A stretch of 64,000 bases of DNA, from NCBI GenBank assembly GCA_000934665.2, contig KZ538279.1, positions 62,001-126,000 of the forward strand, given 5' to 3'. Below the pieces are notes generated by a model. It was not told where the DNA came from. It made no database searches and worked only from the letters and a program-made list of their open reading frames with translations. Positions 8,250 to 20,546 of this stretch are shown here, in pieces. Position 1 is the first letter of the stretch, and each line of letters starts with the position of its first letter. This DNA is from Catajapyx aquilonaris (taxonomy: Eukaryota). Position numbers and translations under genes: made by a program.

Positions 8250-11200
8250 TATACGAGATAAATCCAGAATTGTACTTTCTACATGGGATTTAAAATGGAT
8301 GAGCATGTCGTCCATTTTGAATCCAATGTGGCCGCCAAGTGAACTTTTATTAATTCCGATTAAATTCAAACTGACCCTCTAGAGTCGCTACCAAAACGGT
8401 ATGTTAAACATGCTCAAACTCGAGTTAACTGCATCTTGGCCCCGTTTGTTGGGTAGAACAGGAAAGCTAGTGAGGGACTGGGGGACCCCAAAAAAATGAA
8501 ACAAGGAATGAGGCTTATTCCAAGGTGGAAATATGAAAATCCCGGTGCACTCCATCAATGTCAGACCTACTCCGTAATATTCACCCCCCACCCCCCACCC
8601 CCGGCCACTGGCCATGATTTCAATGGAAAAGGTCGGTTTTGAAGGGACAATTGAGACGTCAGATCCATGTCCATGCTAACGGCCTTTTCCGGACACCTCC
8701 CAGCTTGCTTTTTCGGCTATGGGGGGACGGGGGTGTATGAGAGGGGGTTTCACTGCCACCATCTGCCCTGCATGCCTTTCCTCTTGAGGATGGATTCATC
8801 TCTTCTGGTCCCTCATTCGCTGCATTTACACTAGCCCTCCCCTTGTCATTCAAAAATTCTGCCACGCCTATAACCCGAGCACTAATTGCGCTTTTAAGGC
8901 ATTGCGGTCCATTTTTTTTTTGCAATTGCGAATGGGACGCAATTGTTGCTGAATGGTGTGGTGTGAAGTGGCTCTTTTGCATGTTTCTGGGGCCTGTAAG
9001 GAACCGCTCCAGCACAAAAACAAGATGGATGGGGTATTGAGTAGCATAGCATTTGACAGATTTTGTTGTCCCTTTGACCTCAAAACGTGTTTCCCATCAG
9101 AGAGTTGTATCTCAATATGGACGGCGATAATGTATGCGATATGTTGCTTGAGTCGAGTGTGCTGCATGAATAAGTCTTAATTGCTAGATGTTTTTGAGCA
9201 AAAAAAATTAAGCCAACGCCGCCATGTGTAGAGGAAAGTGTATTACAGCACCACATGTTGATTATTCGGAATGATTTTGAAATAAGTTTGTAGATGTATG
9301 GGAAAATTTTTCAAGCACATTATTTTCTAGGAGAGTAACTAATTAAGCTAGATTCTGACTCGGCCATCAGAAAGTCACGGTCAATTACGTATTCCACATT
9401 TCACTTCATTAGGTTGCAAAAATTACTGTGGTAAATATTAGTAGAAAAATGCATTATGGCAGTACTGATAATTTAATTCGAGTCATTAAAAATTAATATA
9501 AACATTAATACATATTTTAAAAATGATCATTGCTCCCAAACACAACAGCAACATACATACATACATCCGCATTGCCCCCCTATAAATACCAGCATAAATA
9601 CATCATCTTTAAACTCCTATCCACTCAATCATATGTGTGTGGCAAAACGACCTGCATCATTATTTACTACCGCACCGCATTAATCAGCCTCGCAATTGAA
9701 GCGCTTAGAGTTAATTTCCAAATGCGCTGAAGCGATCAGACAAAATAATTGTAAAACAGGGCATTAAATTCGCCATTATTGACGAACCGCACCTCCACCT
9801 TCAGCCGGTAGCCGCAACAGCGCTGCAGCCACTCCCGACGTCGGCGCCAGTGGAAGCTTCCATCTGGCGGCCAAACTGCCAACTACCATCCAAAGTCCCT
9901 AAAGAAATATGGCAGCCATCAGGAGGCTGGAGTGGGCTGGAGAATGACGAAAAGTAGTGGGGGCCCAGATAGGAGGGTGGAAACGTGTGGGGGTTGGGGG
10001 GGTCAGTCTGAAATGGATATTTGGTTCGAGTTGCAGCTTTTGCAGCGGAGGGGGCAGTGAAAAGCAAGTCTGAGGGAGGCTTTGCCATGGAACGAGAGGG
10101 ACCCCGAGGAGTTGGCGCTCTGACGGCTCCATGATGGATGAGCCAGTAGTGGAAAGCTCTGTAGCTGTTTATGTTCCAATGAAACCGAAGACGGCCAAAT
10201 GGACATGGCTCGGGCCATGACGATCAGATACACGGGTTTCCGTTTTCCATGGGGAAGCTTCGCCCACCAACTATACCCTCCCACATAGCTGCTCCGAACA
10301 TAACTGACGGCTCCAATATATTTCTACGAACAGTCCTGCTAGAATATACCGCAAGCTGGATTTGAAGATTTGATAAATCTGTATGAACAAGGATCTCAAT
10401 CACTCAGCCCCGCCTTGGTCACTCATTCCATCTTGGTGATAGTTGACACTGGTTAAGCCAACAAAAATATGGAATTAAGTGTACCGTAGAGTTTGGGGGA
10501 TGCCTGTTTGCACTCTCCTGCATCAAATCTTGCTGATGGCCATTGAATACAACGGCATGAAGACACTAGGAAGCGTACATTTCGGAGCGGCATATCTTGA
10601 GGTATCTGGGGAATATCTGGTGCCTTTTCCAGCATCCCGCGCAACTTTGGGGAGTGCCATCCCTGGCGTCAAGAGCAATGCTAATGGACACTGACAGATA
10701 ATTTTGATGGATTGTCATGTAACAAGCCCGTAATTCTCTGATCTCGTTGTGAACATCCAAATTTTCTCTTCCCCGCATCGTCCTTTCCTCCCTGGATAGA
10801 CTAATGCGAATAGGGGACTGCGTCACTCTTATCCCCCAAACCCCCGAAACTTCTCAACCTACTTTATCTAACTCTACGATAGTTCCATGCTATGAATAAT
10901 TGTGTAACTGGAATAAACGGACCAAAAATTCAAATAAAATAGTGTCACACTTAAATGTCCATAAAGGCTGATCATATGTGAAGGAATGGAAAAAAAGGTC
11001 CTAATTAGAAGCTGAAGTGTCATTCCCCGCAAAAGGAACAGGAGTACGCCCCTTTATCTCCTGACCAGAAGAAGTGGACAAGCAGGCGGGGCAGTTGAGG
11101 TGGTCGAGCCAGCAGAAGGACCAGATCCAATCTGGGAAATCGGCCGAGCTGACACAATTCATTAGTGCCATTGCGCTTGTCAGAATCAATCAAGCATCAT

Positions 11201-12039
11201 CCAGGTGGGCTGGTGGCAGCCAGGTGAGTCCTGGATTGCTGGCATCGTTTCCGACCTGCAATTAGGTGCGAAACCCAGGGTGCACCGGAGTGTACCGGTG
11301 GGTTAAAATAGTCCTCGCAACTGATGCAAGATGCCACGCCACTTGTTTCTGTACGGGCCTCATCATGGGACGGAAAGTATGAAAAATCAATAGATATGCA
11401 CTTATTCTTTGACACGGTGCGTGCCCAACTTGGCCCAATCTGATCATCTGTATAGTCCTCGGCGTGTGTGTCAGAGCATGTGATAAAGGGGGCCAACAGG
11501 CGACTTAATACTGACATGGAAAACCAGAAAGCATGTGCTTATACTTATCACTGATATACGGATGCCTTCAGATGTATTGACATCTCCTATCCTTACGTGT
11601 CTGGTGCAGTGTAATATTTCGAATGTCATTATTGCGTTAAAATTGGATAATACTGCAGTCCAACTCATCTTACGAATTATACAATCAGGTGTATTTAAGA
11701 TATCAAGAGCTGCCGTACATGTAGCCTACTTTTGTTGACGGCTCATATTTTTATCAATTTTAATATGTTCAGTAATTTTGAACATTCAATAAACATGAAG
11801 CCGAGTGACCCCACTTATTGACCAGCAAAGTTGAATGGTGGCCAGCTTATGACATACGGTATACTTGTATATCCTGAGCATGCAAGTGAAATCCACAAAG
11901 TCCAAAAAACCATTTTTATGATGCTGTAATCGAAGGCAAAGATTTGACCTTTCATGTGTCTACATGCTGGTATGAGATAAAAACCTGGTTTTCTGGTTCA
12001 TTATGAATCTTTAAGACTAAACGGACCTCACTATAGACG

Positions 12040-12268
12040 CAGTGGTTCCCAACCTGCGGGTAGCGACTTCCGGAGGGTCGCGCGGTGGCTGCGGTAATTT
12101 TTACTTGCAATATATTTTATAGGAAATTTCGCTGTGAAGGTTTCAAAAATGTTTTAATATGTCTACACTACATCCATCTTCTACTAATAGACCATACTCA
12201 GCGGGAGTCACAGGTTTCTTGACTATCATAAAAGGGGGCTGTGACCCGAAAAAGGTTGGGAACCACTG
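12040..12268. mobile_element. hAT-Charlie-type MITE
   Basis: Perfect TIR CAGTGGTTCCCAACCT / AGGTTGGGAACCACTG; subterminal GGGTCGCG. Confidence 0.85.
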
Positions 12269-14229
12269 CAATATAGAGCATAAAAATGCTACATAGTGAT
12301 GTATTGCAGTAAATAACTTAAACCCGCCAAAATTGGACTTCGTGGATTTCACTTAAAAGTATGCCGAGGATAATAGACTGCAATAATATAACAACAAATA
12401 GTTCTCTCCGGGTATACTGTAGTTCATTTGATCTCAGTGCGGGTATAAAATGAAGGTTATATCGCGGATATCGGCTTGCAGTACTGTACTACAGTACACC
12501 GATCCCCAAACCTTTCTTTCATAGTTATCCTTCCGTGTAATGAACGCAAAAAATATATATTGGAACCCTTATGAGGGAAATTATGTGAAATGCTAAATCG
12601 ATCCTTGTATAGTCAGTAAAACGTGAGACATTGTCCAATGTCCAAGTCTACTTACACTTTATAAGTTGGTTACTGGAGTAAACGTTACATAATCCCCCCT
12701 TCTCTCCTTTTGGACTGTGCACTTATTATTAAGCAATTATTTTGGAACAGCTACATCTAGCGGTTATCAGGAATATTATCTGCTAATATTAGATCGAATG
12801 GGTGCAATCCTGTCTACCAAGGCAGCAAGAGGGTCCATATAGGCTTTTAAAAATAGGACCAACCATTGACCTCAGGTGGCAGTGGATCAAAAGAGGTCAC
12901 GCGCACTGTCCTGAATACTCCAATTTATCTCGTAAGCTAATATTATAGCTGCTACTCTTTTTGGTACCTTATCGAAACATTGTTAAACACTCCATAAAAG
13001 AATAGTCCCTTCTGCTATACAGTATGTGCACAGTACATGTACTACAATGGTATGTTCGGTGTTGCCATTGGAGGTTGAGTTTTGAAGCCAGCGACAATTT
13101 CACATGGTGAGAGGGCATCATCAGGGAAGGTCAAGTTGGGGTCAGTTCACACTGATGGGAGCAGTCCTATAGAACTAAATGTGGTTTTATAGCCATTATT
13201 GTGCCCATTCTTCCTTAGGTCTGGTTAGTCTCATAGCAAGTGTATTTCGTATTGCCTGCATGGCAACGTGGGGTGTGGGGTAGGTGGGGAAGAGGGAGGG
13301 GTGGGAGGAAGTGGGTGGAAGGAACAGGAAAGAGGAAGAGGGACGGGGAAGGGGAAATTGAAAGGAGAGATGGAAGGGGGATGGCGGATGATTGCTCAGT
13401 GACCCAGAGAACCCCGGGTTGGCAATTTTAGTATTTAATATCCACAACGTGGGTAATACTTGCGATTCACTAATATTCTGAAATGTCGAACTGAAGACAC
13501 ATATGTAAATATTGCATGCTGCAGTAAATAAAAAAGCTATCCAATAACATGTGTCAGCATGAACTGTTCGTCAGTTATTGAGACATACGGTCCAATAGTT
13601 GATTACAGATTACACTGTTAGTAAAGGTGTGTTAGTTGCCAGAAACTGTATAACAGCATAATAGAAAGTACAGTACAGCCATGTATGGTTTTCCGAATGA
13701 CGGATTAAATCAAATTTTTTAAACTCATTTAAAAGCTATTTGTATAGTCTAGTGCCGACGGCGAATAACATTCCTCAAACTAGCTGTATAATGTTACATC
13801 TTTGTTATTTTTAGACAGTTGGTATTCGCTTCTGACTGTGAGGGAAGGCCATTTGTATAAATCATATCTCGACTAACTTTTAATGATAGTATATAAACTA
13901 TAAAGCATCTGTTCCGAGATTGATTTTGCTGCGTGCCTCGCTAATTTTGAGTGGAAGTTGTTCCCAATAATATTAGATGAAAAGTGAAACTAAAATTTTC
14001 TCGATGCGAGTATTCTAAGTTTCGAATATCTGGGTTTCAAATGGGAACAATATCAACTGTTTGGCTTTTCAAATGGTCACAGATGAGTTACAAAATTTTA
14101 TTTTATTTTTGTCAATGGAAGATGATGAATACCACAGAAGGCCCTCGGAGCTTTCCAGAACTTTGATTTCAATTTTTATGGCAATGGTAGATGATGTCTT
14201 TTTTTGAGTCACAAATTGCTCACTTGAAA

Positions 14230-14940
14230 AAACATAATAGCAAAAACACTCCCGCTTCAGTAAAACATATGGAAGTAAGACCCGTCGCGTCGGTGGCGGA
14301 ATGAAAGTACTGAAACAAGGCAGGCGCAACGTAAGACCTTCACCAATTGATTTAAGCTGTACCATATGTCTTACTCACTGAGCAATTATTCCAAAATTAA
14401 TTCTCATAAACTATGGTTTTTGAAAGAGTTCCATGAGCCACACCATGTAAGTGTGTTTTCTGAAATGAGGTACTTCAATGATATTAAGTTTACATTTAAT
14501 TTCTCTATGACTGGCGAGAATCCTTTGCCATTAAACATTTATGCACAATCTTCACCTCTCTTGATAGGTTCTGGTTTTACTGTAGTGTTTTAAAAAAATA
14601 TTTCATAGAGAGACGTAAATGGGTGAATTTTCGAGGGTCTTTGTCGACAGGATTCTGCATTTTCAAGAGCGAAACTTGCATAGTCTGTGAGGATGGGTTT
14701 TACAAAATCTGAGATCCAGATTTTAAAAAACCCATCCTAGCAGACTTAGGCTATATCTTTTTCAAGAGCCATTCCGCACAATGCTTCAGAAATGCTTGAG
14801 TAAGACCTACGGTAGAACTTAAATCAATAATTGGTGAAGGTCTTACGTGCACCTGATGCCTTGTTTCAGTACTTTCATTCAGCCACGGAGGTCTTACTTT
14901 CCTTTTTTTACTGAAGGGAATGTGTTTGCTATTATTTCAG
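14230..14940. mobile_element. Foldback element with ~130-bp diverged arms and an internal palindrome (14683-14746)
   Basis: GAATGAAAGTACTGAAACAAGGCA...GTAAGACCTTCACCAATT vs AATTGGTGAAGGTCTTAC...TGCCTTGTTTCAGTACTTTCATTC. Confidence 0.75.
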
Positions 14941-17900
14941 TTCTTTTTTTACTATTTCTCATAAAAAACGTCTTATCGAACGGCTCTGTCTGTCCGTCCA
15001 TCCGTGGTATCAGGGCCTAAACCGCAAAAGACAGCGACAAACGGTTTTCAGATTCTGATTCAGCGGATACTATAAATAGGTTTCATTGTCAACTTCCCGT
15101 GACCGGCCACTTCCGGTTTTGCGGGTTCACTCTATCCGCCAATATCATGTCTACATGCTTTAGAAATTATGTCCTTATAGGTTACTTGGCAACGAGAAAT
15201 GAGACAGACGACATTCTATGTCATTGATGTCCGATTGGATTTTCCTTGGAAATGTGAAAAAATACTCTATAATAATGTACGCGTGATTTGCCAATATTGT
15301 TAAATTTTGGGGACGTCATTACTGATAAGAAATTCTGCTGCTTAGGACTAAATGGTAGAAACGAACGCATCTCATGATGGTATACGGATGAGTGTTAAAA
15401 TTTTCAAAGATCTACCTAGAACAGAATTTTAGTTTGGGCGAATAAAAAATAGTGCCCCAATATGTAGGAAAAATTCATTGTTGAAAAGGAACACTATGGT
15501 CTTACTTAGGGGCTACATCCCCTTAAATGAGGCATGTAATGAGGTGACTGAATAACGCCGCGCCGATGCCCTGTCGACAATATCATAATAATACGGTGGG
15601 GTGCTGGTGGTAAACAGAGATTGACGTTGCTAGGTGATGGCATCATGAACAAATGAAGTAATGACGGAAAAAATGACGGATAAAAATAATGGGAAAAATC
15701 ATAACTCCAATCCCGTATATAGCATGTAGAACTGTGACATTTTGCACGCAGATCTGTTACACATTCGTCCTATTGACGAAGGAACTTAATTCCAAATAAA
15801 AAACGCATTTTAATAGCTTTTAATTTTTGCGGCGTTTTGAAGACTCAGGAACTTTTGGTATAAGTGTAAATGGTAGGAATGCATGTCATGACGGTGGGAA
15901 TCTGTGTTCAAAATTTTGAAGCTCTACCTGCAGCAGAATACGCCGCAGTGAATTTTTTGATACTTCTCGGAGGCCAAAAAATTCCTCCTGTGAACCCTGG
16001 ATAGTGCAAATCTTTGTCTATCTAATTACATATTTGTAACTTAGAAATCGCCATTTGTGTAACCATAATTAAGTTAATTGCACACCTCTGTTATCTCGGC
16101 CGTTTATAATCCGAATTACTTCGCGAATGTATGGACGGCAAGCCAGGAATGTGCGTGATAAAATTACATCGTGCTCTATTACACTAAAATTTTTAAAAGT
16201 ATTGGTTTAGTATGTTTAATAGACGCAAGTACCCAGCCCTCTTTCTGCTGGCGGGAAATACTTTTAAAAATTTTAGTGTAATAGAACACCCTGAACAAGG
16301 TGTAATCTTATCAAACACATTTCTGGCTTGCCGTCCTTATACTGTATATACATTCGTCGAATTGCGCGGAAAAGACACAAAAACCGAAAGAATCCGTCAG
16401 TTGACGCACTTTAAACTAGCACACCCCTGATCTTAATTTACACCCCCTCCTCAGGGATGTAATATATGCTGTGGACGATAACCTTTCTTGGAGTCCAGCA
16501 GGGAACATTTCCCCTAAATGACTTGCTTCTAACATCATTATTTTCCAGTTTTTCCCTGCGTTATCCCTTGCTTGTGTAAGCAGGCTGAAGAGACCCGTCG
16601 TTGGGTCGTCCGCGTCACTCCCTCGATTTGTAAACAGTGGCAACAATGGAAGCGCTCTCCATGGGCTGATGTTTGAATGGGGAAGTAGCCTTGGTCAGGG
16701 ATTTGGGATTTTTGTTCATAACTAGCTAGCCCATGCCTGTAAACATACATTCCATCCCTTTGTTGCATCAAAATGACATTACTGGATAAATTACGGCACA
16801 TTTAAAAGTGCCTTCAAAATTGGCGGGAAAAACGGGGCAGCCGGGTGGTGCTAATCGAAATGGTACACTGAAATGCCTGGTTGACTGCGAGATATGAGGA
16901 ATTTGACTTTGAATTAACCGCGGACACGACGGAAAGCATTCGCAAGGCGGCTGTAGGCCATCGAGGTGGAGAAAGGGGGCCTTCATGTGCCGAATTCTGG
17001 TGACAGATAATTCCTACCAGTTGGCACCACTGTCAGCCCAGAAGCGGTTTGAGCGGCCTGGAATAAATACGCGCCCCAGCCGCTATCTTGCTCACGGAAT
17101 GGGACGGCTGCTAACAACAGCGAAGCATTTTACAACAATGACGGGGCGCGTTCTATAACATCATTTATGCGTTCATTTCACTTCGCGTGACGTCAACATT
17201 TTCTAGGGAAACAGTGACGTCACCATTTCCCTACATAAAAACCCCAATTACTCCGGAACTGAAACTGATATCTTAAAACGGAATATGCCAAAAAAATCCA
17301 AAAAATATGGGCGAATTTATTATGTAGTTTCCAAAATGAAGGCTACTTCCCCATTGGCCCGCCGGACAGGGTTGCCAGGTAACGCCGCCGCCGTCGCCGC
17401 CGGAAAAAAACATTCAGCGACGGCTAATGTGTCCAACACTGTACCATGTCGAGGAGTCAGTCAAAGGGTTTCCATTTAATTGATCCATATGTCCGAGAGA
17501 ACCCCTCCGAAGATGACCAGCACACTAACTTATAGGTATATAGGCGACATATTCTGAGCAATTCCCATATAAGGAAGGTCCAACCGATAGTTGATGTGAC
17601 CAGACCAAATCGAGCGTAACTGATAGACGTCTTGTGTTTATCGTGATTCTTTGCCTTTTATTTGCCAATTTAGTTTTAAAGGTTGTCAACAGGAACACGC
17701 CAAAGGTTGTTAGCAGATGAGACAGGTCATTGTATGACACCTATTTTGCTTTCTCTGACAGTAACAATTATGGTGCATATTGTGCTTGATAGCGGTGTGT
17801 TTATTGGAAAAGTAGAAGCTACACGGTGTTCACTAGCTATAGGTAGTTCCCCAATCTTTTTTCTTCGCGACCCTATATCTGTACAATCTCTCCTCGACCT

Positions 17901-19181
17901 GGCGACCCATGTGACTCCCCCCCCCCCCNTCGAAATTTTTTATTGCCAAAGCGTTCAGCCACGTACAGTGCTTATGTAGATTTGAGTTGATTATCCCCCG
18001 CCCCCCTTTTCCTTCTTTGTCCTATTTTTTCTACTATTTTCTCTCTATTTTTGTTTTTATTTTTCTGGCCTTCCCGCGACCCTTAAAACATGATGACGTC
18101 CCTATTTTGCACACTAACAAACTTCCCGGGAATCTTTTAATTTCTCACATTTAAAAATAACTTCCTTTACTGATTGATTCACCTCACCCTTGCCCAAATC
18201 AGTGTCAATCCCCCCACACTCTATATTTTAAAGTCCCCAACAATTATTGACAATGAAACATACAAACCACCAGAGGGGATCAGAAATCAGGCTCCCTATA
18301 CCCCCTGTCCTCTTCTCCTAAATAGCCGTCAGCAGTGAAGCAGGTAAATCGGATGCATTCGGCCTCGGCGGAGCGATCAGCCTCTCGACCTCCCAATCAA
18401 TTTATTTTCAAAGTCAATATTGTCCCAGGGGAGTTGCGTGTACCTTGCGTGACAAGGGGCGGCTCCTGCCTGTTGAAATCCCGGCATGCAAAGGGCCCGT
18501 TCTTCCGTCCTGAATGCTCGTAAAGCCAACCGTGATAAGGCGATAGCAAAATCTCCCCCCCCCCCCTCCCTCCACCTCACTTCACCCTCTCCCCACCAGG
18601 CAGCACCCTACCTTTTATATCCTCACTTGTACACTTCTTTTCACTTGCATTCTCCCATACACTGCTTATGAGATTATCTCTAGTGTTTAGTCCGGAGGGG
18701 GTGTTGTTATTGCGATTTAATTCGACAGTGAATTCGCCAAAAGTGGGCGTAATCTGGGGGTCTTGAGCGTGTGTACCGGGTGTCGATTAACTTCAGGTCA
18801 GAGAGTGCGTTAGGTGGGGTGAATCTATTGTCACACGCGTAATGGGTCGTTCGGTGTCAAGTAGATTGCATTGTAGGGTTGACCTCCTACAGGGTTTCGC
18901 TGAGAGTGCAATTTCTTATCAAGGGATATACACTTATTACCAGAATTTATGCGCTGTAGTTGATTGGCTTTCTATTGGTATGGGAATGGTGATATTGAAC
19001 GTTGCGACACGTTGCTAGTGACACTGGCCGAGTCAGTAATTAGGGGAAGTTGTGTCAATGAACTGGTGCATTGTCCTCTGTGCAACATACGATGATAAGA
19101 TATATGGCAAAATGATTCTGTATATGCTAGTGCAACTCTTCCATCCGGTTGTGATGTATACGACTGCTTCTTTCCCACGCA

Positions 19182-19498
19182 CATAATAATAATAAATAAT
19201 AATAATAATAATTTGTACCCCGTGATAGGGCCATGGGCCCTCTTAGGGGGGTGGAATACCACCACTTTTTTTTTAAATCTGGAACTCTTGCTTTCGTTTT
19301 TACTTCTCGTATATGGGGATGGGATAGGGACGGAAGGAAGCGGATGTGGCCTATACGAACACGACCCCGGAATTTTCCTGGTGAGACCATGGGAAATCAC
19401 AGAAAACCACGGTCAGGGTCGGCGACCACCGGGATTCGAACCCAGGACCTCCCGATTAGCAGTCGGATACCATATCCCCTCCACTACCACTGCTTCGG
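19182..19498 (-). mobile_element. SINE family A, copy 2 (full length)
   Basis: Same head and body on - strand; (ATT)n tail; 14-bp TSD TTCTTTCCCACGCA (19168-19181, 19499-19512). Confidence 0.92.
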
Positions 19499-20400
19499 TT
19501 CTTTCCCACGCAAATGTATTGGTGTGTTGACCGATAGTCCATATACAGCTACAGTGTCCTCTCATAATTATAGGCTATAGCTTTGGTCCATCCGAAAATA
19601 AACGAAAGTTTTTCTGTCAAAATGAATGCATCGTGCATTGTCCGTACCATCGTACAGGTAGTATCATTAATGTTGATTAGGCATATGCTATTTTTTTTTT
19701 TTGTCTCCGTCACACGCACGAAAGTTTCTATTCGTTTGGGCCATACATATTGGCTGAAAACACACTTATTCTCCACCCTAGCAGAAAATGGATCGTTGCG
19801 TTGACAGCCACTTCCACTGTAGCACGTCTAGAACCTTCCTTTCCGTGCTTCCGCCCACAAGATGTTTGTCACAAAGCTCCTATCTCGTGTGACTATCAGA
19901 AACGTGTCGCGAGTAAAAATCGACCACTTGGCCATTGTTTGAGTGTTCAAAGTGCCTGCACCAAAAGCAGGAACATTAAAAAAAATGCACTGTTGAAGGT
20001 AACCGGTTCCTACCTATTCAAAGACCATCAAATGTATTTAGGTGTCAGTTGCATTCATTGTTGCAACACATGACGTTCAGTAACCGGAGTGTTGCCTGAA
20101 ATGCAAAAAAAATCAACAATGATGCACATCCAACTTTTTGGGGCAGGCATCCCCAGCGGATGAGGGTACAATGAAATATGCCTGGTTGCTTCCATCAATC
20201 ATCCAGACACGACAAAGTGTCATGATGTCTTTGTGAGAGTCCTCAACCTCTTTCATGCCATAAAACAGTTTGAACAAAGCAGGCGGACAAATGCACTTCA
20301 TATTATACCAATTAAGAGAGGGGCTGGTCTAACTTCCACATGACCGATCTTTACTCAGTATTGGCACTTGAATAATATTTTTCTATTTAATTTATATGTA

Positions 20401-20546
20401 CAGTCGGTTAAGGATTTCCTTACCACATGAGGCGAATAAATTAGCCTCCAACCCTGCTGCCTCCCCCTGATGCAATGACTCTCACTAGCACCTCTGTTGG
20501 AGGCTAATTTCTTCGCCTCATGTGGTACGGAAATCCTAACCGACTG
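20401..20546. mobile_element. Palindromic MITE, TA-flanked
   Basis: CAGTCGGTTAAGGATTTCC...TTAGCCTCCAAC vs GTTGGAGGCTAA...GGAAATCCTAACCGACTG. Confidence 0.85.
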
